Positions 57,483-64,000 of a stretch of 64,000 bases of DNA are shown in pieces. Both the position numbers and the translations under genes were made by a program. Location: positions 108-64,107 of the forward strand of contig CAZGSE010000010.1 in NCBI GenBank assembly GCA_964528135.1, given 5' to 3'. Within the stretch, counting starts at the first letter, position 1, and the number at the start of each line of letters is the position of its first letter. Origin of the DNA: an uncultured Paraprevotella sp. GTDB lineage: Bacteria; Bacteroidota; Bacteroidia; Bacteroidales; Bacteroidaceae. The notes under the pieces are model-generated. The model did not search any database, was not told the DNA's origin, and saw only the letters and a program-made list of their open reading frames with translations.

Positions 57483-59633
57483 TCAGAAGAACAGATAGCG
57501 GTTGTCTTTCACCTCTGCGTCCTCATACAGTTCGTTGATGAAACGGCTGGCGGCACGCAGGTTGAGCGCTTCCTGCTGGCTTTCTTCGTTCTTTTCGTCG
57601 AACTTCTCGGACGATTTGCCCTTGTTGGTTACCTGAAGCGTGTAAACGGCGTTGTTGCCTTTGAACGCACCGGCAAATTTGCCTGTTTCGGTCATGCTGG
57701 CTACGGCACTCAGCACCGGTTCGCTGGCTCCCGTCTTCATCACAAAGGCCGGGGCGGTGAACGTGATGCGCCTGATGGTGTCGCTCACGGCTCCTTCCAC
57801 CTTCATCACATCGTCGATGCTCTTGGCCGCGGCCAGTTGCTCTTTCAGCATTTGGGCTTTCTTGTCCTTTATTACTTCCTGTGTCAGCAGGTCCTTCACG
57901 TCTTCCAGCGGACGGTAGCCGGCCGGGTGTATGCCCGTGAGCACCACAACGAGCATGCGGTCGTTTTCGCCGCACTCATACAGGGGCGACACACTGCCCG
58001 GCTTTGTGTCTTCATTGAAAATCCAGCGCATGGCATCGCGCGTGTTGCTGATGCCGCCCACGTAGTGTTCGTTGCTGTACAGGTCTTTGCGCTCCTGCAC
58101 GTTGTAGCCGCTCCTCAGGGCTTTGGCCTCAAGGTCTTTCTGCGTGGGGTTGGAGGCAACGAAATGGCTGAAGTCGTTGTAAGCCTTTGTATATGTGTCT
58201 TTGCTGAACTCCACCGGACACTTGACAACGGCCGCATCATACTTGCTGATCATGGCGCGCCGGTCCGTCACCTGCGCGATGACGCATCCCTGCGTGAAGT
58301 CTATCTTCTCTATGGCATTGGTCGGCATGGTGGTGATGGTCCTGATGTACCTCAGGTTTTCCTCGTCCATCGTGGCACCCTCATAGTTGCGTGATGTAAT
58401 CCACGTCTTTTCGCCCGTCTGGTTGTATTTTTTCGCGATGGAGTCGAACGGCACGCCGCTGTTCAGGGCGGTCATGATGCTGTCGGCCGTTTTCTGCGTG
58501 GCTTCGGCATCTGCGCCCACCACCTGGATCTGGCGCAGCTCGATGGAGTCGGGGGCCGTCACCTTGCCGAGCAGTTTGATGATGTTCATCGTGTTGTCGC
58601 CGGCATAATAGTAGGGGGCTTTCATTTCCCCTACGGCCAGTGAATCCAGCTGCGATGCTATGTCATAGGGGAAATAGTTCTTGCTCACCGGTATTTTGCT
58701 GTAGGCCACCGTCGATCTGCTTTCGCGCACAATCTTGGCCATGTCGCCGCCGGCGGACAGGGCCTGTGCCGTTTCGTCCATGTCCTTGTCCAGGGCGGCC
58801 TTGTCTGCCGCGCTGGCCTTCACCTGCACGGAGATGTATTTGATGTCGCGGCTTTCGGTGGTCTGTTTGAACCTTTCTTTCAGTTCTTCGTATTTGGCTT
58901 TCAGTTCACTGTCCTCCACCTTGATGTCCAGGTCGTTGATGGTGGAATAGGGCAGGGCGGCCATCACCACGTTGCTTTCGTTGGTGCGTTCTTCAAAGGC
59001 TGCCTTGTTGCCGGTTTTGTTGCTGATCAAGGCCTTGCTCAGCAGGGTCTGGTACTTCTGCGCCAAGCTTTCCTGCCGGAGGGATTTCTCGATGAACATC
59101 CAGAAACGGTAGAGGCTGTTGTAGTATTCCACGTATTCTGCCGGCATCTGGCTGCTGTTGTTCCTTATGCTTTCGTAATCACTCAGGAATTTTTTCAGCA
59201 CGTTGGCGTCGAAACGTCCGGTCTGCTCGTTGCGGAAGGGCGTCTGCATCAGGAGCGTGCTGTTGCCTGCGATGATGATATCCTGTATTTCCGCATCCGT
59301 CACGGTGAGGCCGAGCTTTTCCGCTTCGTGTTCAATCAGCTTGTTGTTCACGTAGGTGTTCCACACCTGGTCGCGCACCTGGGTGAGCTGCGCGTCGTTC
59401 AGCGAGGTGTTCCCGCTTGTGAACTTGACGATTCCGGCGTATTCGTCCACCATGTTCTGGAATTCGTGCACGGAAATCTTTTCCCCGTAAACCTTGCCTA
59501 CTTGTTGTCTGCTTTCATTGGAGGCCGACTGGATGGATCGCATGGCTTCTTCCGCGATGAATGCAAAGAGGGCCACGCCAATCACAATGACCAGCAATGG
59601 GCCTTTAGCTCTGATCTTTTGTAATGCTGCCAT
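57483..59633 (-). CDS. ppiD: PpiD-like peptidyl-prolyl isomerase/chaperone (SurA N-terminal domain)
   Basis: MAALQKIR..LVIVIGVALFAF; VYGEKIS; rotamase-like F..IAKKYN segment. Confidence 0.85.
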   Translation of the reverse strand: MAALQKIRAKGPLLVIVIGVALFAFIAEEAMRSIQSASNESRQQVGKVYGEKISVHEFQNMVDEYAGIVKFTSGNTSLNDAQLTQVRDQVWNTYVNNKLIEHEAEKLGLTVTDAEIQDIIIAGNSTLLMQTPFRNEQTGRFDANVLKKFLSDYESIRNNSSQMPAEYVEYYNSLYRFWMFIEKSLRQESLAQKYQTLLSKALISNKTGNKAAFEERTNESNVVMAALPYSTINDLDIKVEDSELKAKYEELKERFKQTTESRDIKYISVQVKASAADKAALDKDMDETAQALSAGGDMAKIVRESRSTVAYSKIPVSKNYFPYDIASQLDSLAVGEMKAPYYYAGDNTMNIIKLLGKVTAPDSIELRQIQVVGADAEATQKTADSIMTALNSGVPFDSIAKKYNQTGEKTWITSRNYEGATMDEENLRYIRTITTMPTNAIEKIDFTQGCVIAQVTDRRAMISKYDAAVVKCPVEFSKDTYTKAYNDFSHFVASNPTQKDLEAKALRSGYNVQERKDLYSNEHYVGGISNTRDAMRWIFNEDTKPGSVSPLYECGENDRMLVVVLTGIHPAGYRPLEDVKDLLTQEVIKDKKAQMLKEQLAAAKSIDDVMKVEGAVSDTIRRITFTAPAFVMKTGASEPVLSAVASMTETGKFAGAFKGNNAVYTLQVTNKGKSSEKFDEKNEESQQEALNLRAASRFINELYEDAEVKDNRYLFF

Positions 59634-59737
59634 TGGTCTTTTAATGTTTTGTTTTTATAATTTCCTTTGTCCGATTTAAGCGCACGAAGATACGAAAATA
59701 TTCGCACATAACGCTTTGTTGCGGAGATAAAATTTAG

Positions 59738-61006
59738 CTATTCGGTGATTCTCAGCCTTACGAGTTCTATTTTGGTCGTGGTGCTTTTGAGGATTTTGAA
59801 TTCAAACCGGCCGGATCGGATTACTTCGTTTACCTTGGGGAAGTTCTGGTACCAGTGGAGGATGAGTCCGCTCACGGTGATGTATTCCTCCGATTCCGGC
59901 AGGTGCAGCCCCAGCAGTTCGTTTGCCTTTTCTATTTCGAGGCGTCCGGAAAGCACGAACTCGTTCTCCCCGGTTTTCTGGGCCACGTAGTTGTTGTTGT
60001 CGTGTTCGTCTTCTATGTCGCCGAAGATTTCCTCCACCAGGTCTTCCATGGTGACAAGCCCGGAGGTGCCCCCGAATTCGTCCACCACGATGGCCAGCGA
60101 CTTTTTTTGCTGCATGAACTTCTTCAGGAGCTTTTGGGCCGACATCGTTTCCGGCACTATGGGGATTTCCTTGATGTGCCGTGACCAGTCGGAGGGGTTG
60201 CGGAACATTTCGGAGGAGTGGATGAAGCCCAGGATGTGGTCGATGTCCTCCTTATAGACAATGATTTTGGACTTCCCGCTTTCGATGAAGCGGTTCTTCA
60301 GGTTTTCTATGGACGATGTGATTTCCACCGCTTCTATTTCCGTGCGCGGCACCATGCAGTCCTTTACTTTCACCTCGGAGAAGTAGAGCGCGTTCTGGAA
60401 TATCTTTATTTCGTCCGTGATGCCCTCCTCGTCCGGCGTGGACTCGATGCTCGACTGTATCAGGTTGTCCAGGTCTATTTTTGTGAAGGCGTGTTCGGAG
60501 GCCTTCTTGTTCACCCTCACCCCCACGAGCCGCAGGATGCCGCGTGACAGTGCGCTGGTGAACCTGGCGATGGGGTAGAGCACCACGTAGGCGATGAAAG
60601 CCGGCAGGGCGAACACGTGCATCATCCTGTTGGGGTTGATGCCGAAGAGCGTCTTGGGCATGAACGTCCCCACAAACAGGGCGGCAAGGGTGGCGATGAG
60701 GATTTGCAACAGTACCTGCACCCCGCCGTTCCCCGCCAAGTGGAGTGCCGGGAGCACGAAACGGTCCGCGATGCCCGCCGTCAGCAGGCCGAAAGCCACC
60801 AAGGCTATGATGTTCCCCACCAACATGGTGGAGATGAAGTCGTTGGGATGGCTGTAGAACACGTCCAGTATCCTGGAGGTCAGCCCGGTGTGGCTGCGGT
60901 CCAGCTCCACGCGGAGCTTGTCGGAGGCCACGAAGGCTACTTCCATTCCGGAGAAGAAAGCGGAACACAACAGGATGATGGCGATGTATGTGAGGGGGTG
61001 CGTCAT
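59738..61006 (-). CDS. Hemolysin-family CNNM/CBS/CorC protein
   Basis: AFFSGMEVAF, MLVGN, MVPRTEI, VVDEFGGTSGLVTMEDLVEEIFGDIEDEHD. Confidence 0.92.
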   Translation of the reverse strand: MTHPLTYIAIILLCSAFFSGMEVAFVASDKLRVELDRSHTGLTSRILDVFYSHPNDFISTMLVGNIIALVAFGLLTAGIADRFVLPALHLAGNGGVQVLLQILIATLAALFVGTFMPKTLFGINPNRMMHVFALPAFIAYVVLYPIARFTSALSRGILRLVGVRVNKKASEHAFTKIDLDNLIQSSIESTPDEEGITDEIKIFQNALYFSEVKVKDCMVPRTEIEAVEITSSIENLKNRFIESGKSKIIVYKEDIDHILGFIHSSEMFRNPSDWSRHIKEIPIVPETMSAQKLLKKFMQQKKSLAIVVDEFGGTSGLVTMEDLVEEIFGDIEDEHDNNNYVAQKTGENEFVLSGRLEIEKANELLGLHLPESEEYITVSGLILHWYQNFPKVNEVIRSGRFEFKILKSTTTKIELVRLRITE

Positions 61007-61668
61007 GGCCGGGTGGTTTGGGTGGGGGTTGTCCGGGCCAGTGTGTCGCCCGGTTCCTGCGGATTGTCTTCGTTGAACGGCGTTTCGCCGTTGGCATTGA
61101 CCACCGAATAGCGGGTCATTTGTTCGTTGGAACGGAAATTATAGCCCTGCAGGAACTCGTCCGGCTTGCGGATGGTCATGAACAGCGTGGAGTACAATTC
61201 GTGCCGGTTCATGTCCCAGAAGAGTTCCTCGCTGGTGAACACCGTGCCCTCTAGGTTGCGGATGATTACCCGTCCGCGCAGTTCCCACAGCTGTTGGTTG
61301 TAGCAATAGGCGGTGTCGGACTGTACGAACCAGTTGATGTGGAACGTGGAGTCGAACTTCTCCAACAGAATGCCTTTGAGGAAGGTCCAGCGTGGAGGGC
61401 GTGTGTTGTTGTAGATGTCCCACTCCTCGGCCACAATCTTGTAGCGGATGATGCCGGAGTCGGATATGAACGTGGACACTCCCCACGACCGCATGGACGG
61501 GAACGAGTCGTTTTTGTCCACGGCCGGGGCCAGGTGACTTTCTTCCTGCCCGCAGGCGGCCGTGAGGACGATGGCGGCGGCCGTCCAGAGCGCGGTTCCC
61601 GTGCGGGTGAAGCGCGTGAGCGGGGTATTTGGCTGGTGTTTGCCGTGTGGCCGCTGTCTTTGCGTCAT
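61003..61668 (-). CDS. lptC: LPS export protein LptC
   Basis: SDSGIIRYKI, WELRGRV, FTSEELFWD, GYNFRSN; ATG overlaps the upstream TGA. Confidence 0.8.
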   Translation of the reverse strand: MTQRQRPHGKHQPNTPLTRFTRTGTALWTAAAIVLTAACGQEESHLAPAVDKNDSFPSMRSWGVSTFISDSGIIRYKIVAEEWDIYNNTRPPRWTFLKGILLEKFDSTFHINWFVQSDTAYCYNQQLWELRGRVIIRNLEGTVFTSEELFWDMNRHELYSTLFMTIRKPDEFLQGYNFRSNEQMTRYSVVNANGETPFNEDNPQEPGDTLARTTPTQTTRP

Positions 61669-62975
61669 TGAATCTTCCACTTCATGAACCATCTTTCATT
61701 GAACGTGATGCCGACGCTCAGGCGCAGGTAGTTTTCGGTAATCAGCGAGGGGTCGTCGGAAACCACTTTCAGCCATTGGAACGAGACGTTGACCACGGAG
61801 CGGTTGTTGATGTTGCCGGACACCGGCAGCCCGAAGCCGGCAGTGATGCCGATTTCCTTGGGACCGTCCTTCCCGTTCACCTTATAATATGGTGTGGCGA
61901 AAGAGGCTCCGATGCGGTATTGTATGCGGCGGTAATACTTGTTGCTGTAGCGGTCCGGCTGCCATTCCCCGCCGGCGGCTATTTTCGTGCGGTTCCGGTA
62001 GTTCTCGTTCGTGCTGACAAAGTTGTTGTCGATGATTTGCGGTATGTTGGCCTCTCCCCACCGTTGGTGGGTGACGTCCACGCCCGCCCTCCATTGTTCT
62101 TTGTGCCTCCATGACACGCCCACGCCGAAGGAGGTGGGGAGGTCGAAAGCCTTCCCGATGGTGGTGGAGGTCGTGTCGCCGCCGGTCAGGTAGTTGTAGT
62201 AATAGGCTGTCGAGTTGATGGTGTGCCCTATCCCGTATGTCGCGCCGAGCGTCATCACGTCGTCCTGCCCGATGCGGACGGGGTATTGCAGGCCGATGTC
62301 GATTTTGTAGGTGGACAGGTCGGCCGTGACCACCCGGTTCAGCCCGTTGCTGGTGCTGGTGGCCGTACCGTCCTCGTAGAACGTCTGTGCGACGCTCATG
62401 TCGTAGTTGCCCCACAGGTAGCCGGCATTGACGCCTATCGACAGGCCGGCAAACGGGTTCCAGCCCAGTCCCACGAACACCTCATGCAGGCCGCCGTCGC
62501 CGGAATAGGCGTTGGTGTAGCTCATGGCCGCGCCGCTGTTGAAATGGCTGCCCAGCGAATAGCTCTCCGAGAAGTCGTAGCCGATGGTGGAATAGGGGAC
62601 GAAACCGAATGCGAACCCCACCTTCGGTGCCAGCCGGAAACCGGCGTTGAGGTAGTCCATGGTGGTGTTATGCGCGTTGACGCTGCTCCCGCCGCTTTTG
62701 AAGTTGGCGTTCTGGAAACTGATGCCCACATCGAAGATGACGGCCAGCGAATCTATGGAAGAATAAGAGGCCGGGTTTTGTATGTTGATGCGGTTGCTTT
62801 CGCGAAAGCCCAAGGCTACCCCGCTCATGGCTTTGTTGAATCCCTGTGACTGGTCGGACAGGTTTCCCAAGCCGAAACGGGAATAGGGTGAGTTTGAACC
62901 GTTGGTCTGGGCAGAGACGCTGCATAGCATTGACCATGAGGCCAACACGCAGGATATAAGTTTACGACTGCTCAT
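61665..62975 (-). CDS. Outer membrane beta-barrel protein (conserved Bacteroidetes, FadL-like)
   Basis: TNGSNSPYSRFGLG, NPASY; ends GITFNERWF.KWKIQ. Confidence 0.75.
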   Translation of the reverse strand: MSSRKLISCVLASWSMLCSVSAQTNGSNSPYSRFGLGNLSDQSQGFNKAMSGVALGFRESNRINIQNPASYSSIDSLAVIFDVGISFQNANFKSGGSSVNAHNTTMDYLNAGFRLAPKVGFAFGFVPYSTIGYDFSESYSLGSHFNSGAAMSYTNAYSGDGGLHEVFVGLGWNPFAGLSIGVNAGYLWGNYDMSVAQTFYEDGTATSTSNGLNRVVTADLSTYKIDIGLQYPVRIGQDDVMTLGATYGIGHTINSTAYYYNYLTGGDTTSTTIGKAFDLPTSFGVGVSWRHKEQWRAGVDVTHQRWGEANIPQIIDNNFVSTNENYRNRTKIAAGGEWQPDRYSNKYYRRIQYRIGASFATPYYKVNGKDGPKEIGITAGFGLPVSGNINNRSVVNVSFQWLKVVSDDPSLITENYLRLSVGITFNERWFMKWKIQ

Positions 62976-63693
62976 TATTAAATGTTAATATTCGATTTAG
63001 TCCTCTGGGGACGATATATTTGTCTGCAAAGATGAGGTTTTTTATTTTACTGTCAAAGTTAAAAATATCTCCCCCGGTTAAAAAAACCAAAAGCGACGGG
63101 TGTTTCTGCCGGAAATATCTGATGTGTCCTTCTATTTCGAATTTCATGCCTTGGATGACGCCCGTGCGGATGGAGGTTTCGGTGTCGTAGCCCAGCTCCG
63201 GCAGGGGGCCTTCGCTGTCGATGAGGGGCAGCCTGGCCGTGAAGGCGCGCAGGCCCTTCAGCCGCATTTGCAGTCCCGGCGAGATGCACCCGCCCTTGTA
63301 GTGCCCGTGTTTGTCGATGAACTCATACGTGAGGCAGGTCCCCGCGTCCACAATCAGGATGTCCCTGCCCGGATATTGCGTGTATGCGCCCACGGCCGCG
63401 GCCAAGCGGTCGGCGCCGAGGGTTTCCGGTGTGCGGTAGTCGTTGACAATCGGGGTCGGGGTGGAGGCGTTCAGGTAGAGCAGCGGGAAGGGGAGCCGTT
63501 TCAACTGCCGTTCGGCCTCTGCGGTGATGCCGAACACCGTTCCCACAATGCCTTGCTTGAACGGGTATTTCCCGGTGAAGTGGGGGAGGTGTTCCAGGGT
63601 TTCGTTGGATGTTTTGATTTCTTCAATCGGGGTGTCGCCGTCGAACGCCACCAGTTTGGCCAACGTATTTCCTATGTCGATAATCAGATTCAC
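62962..63693 (-). CDS. coaX: Type III pantothenate kinase
   Basis: LIIDIGNT, LGADR, VDAGTCLT, GGCISPG, LTGGD; GTG start inferred; -7 element at 63714-63721. Confidence 0.93.
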   Translation of the reverse strand: MNLIIDIGNTLAKLVAFDGDTPIEEIKTSNETLEHLPHFTGKYPFKQGIVGTVFGITAEAERQLKRLPFPLLYLNASTPTPIVNDYRTPETLGADRLAAAVGAYTQYPGRDILIVDAGTCLTYEFIDKHGHYKGGCISPGLQMRLKGLRAFTARLPLIDSEGPLPELGYDTETSIRTGVIQGMKFEIEGHIRYFRQKHPSLLVFLTGGDIFNFDSKIKNLIFADKYIVPRGLNRILTFNNEQS

Positions 63694-63816
63694 GTGTTCA
63701 TGCTTTGCGGCTGCAAAGTTAATCAAAAATCACCATGTTGCATGTTTTCTTTGTCAAAAAGATGCTCCGCCCGTTTTTTTCTTGCAAGGGGGTGTCGCGG
63801 CTGTGGCATGCGGCGG

Positions 63817-63876
63817 CGTCCTTGCGCAAGGCGCGCCCCGTCCTTGCGCCAAAACGGCCCGCGCTTTGCGCAAAGC
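63817..63876. repeat. GC-rich TGCGCA-core palindromic element, copy 3
   Basis: Perfect palindromes CCTTGCGCAAGG (63820-63831) and GCTTTGCGCAAAGC (63863-63876); CGTCCTTGCGC occurs twice. Confidence 0.6.
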
Positions 63877-64000
63877 CGGTGGCCGCCCTGCGGAGGGCGG
63901 AAAGGGGACAGGGCGGGGACGGCGGTGCGATGTGCAAAAGAATGTTATTTTTAAGTTAAAATAAACCAATCGGGGGGGGTAAAATATTTTCTTCGTATCT

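Noticed and set aside
57483-63693. lptC separated from lptA/lptB in the coaX-OMP-lptC-CBS-ppiD operon
   Set aside because: As I recall, this is the usual conserved Bacteroidetes gene order

Overview
Bacteroidales chromosome segment (probably Prevotellaceae-like; inferred from gene families, gene order and recurring TAnnTTTG promoters), about 50 genes. In order: type III restriction-modification pair (mod 5'-truncated by the window edge, res); HD protein; LptD-like protein; a glycan cluster without SusC/SusD (heparinase II/III-like lyase, BACON lipoprotein, GH51, GH43, MFS, GH88); miaA; lipid kinase; Crp/Fnr regulator; glycogen locus (debranching enzyme, GT4, GH57-like, DUF4270-like, half-size GlgA); panC-panD; bamD-rpoZ; uvrB; a large secreted LamG/GH43-like protein; AraC; Ala/Gly symporter; GNAT; rmuC; hsp20; a five-gene envelope cluster; PfkB kinase; a decayed AraC; ilvD-ilvB-ilvN-thioesterase-ilvC; and coaX-OMP-lptC-CBS-ppiD. 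I saw no rRNA, tRNA, CRISPR array, IS element or recombinase gene. The best lead is a perfect 22-bp inverted repeat (47157-47178 / 47337-47358) around a single canonical promoter, between two divergent envelope operons that each carry a paralogous beta-barrel gene. It is a candidate invertible promoter that would switch expression between the two operons. Other leads: a fourU-like thermometer on hsp20, two probable pseudo-enzymes in the glycogen locus, a swapped AT-rich specificity domain in mod, a REP-like TGCGCA palindrome family and a dense O-glycosylation sequon cluster in LptD. All family assignments come from motif recognition by eye, not database searches. Several starts were moved downstream of the ORF-track starts.
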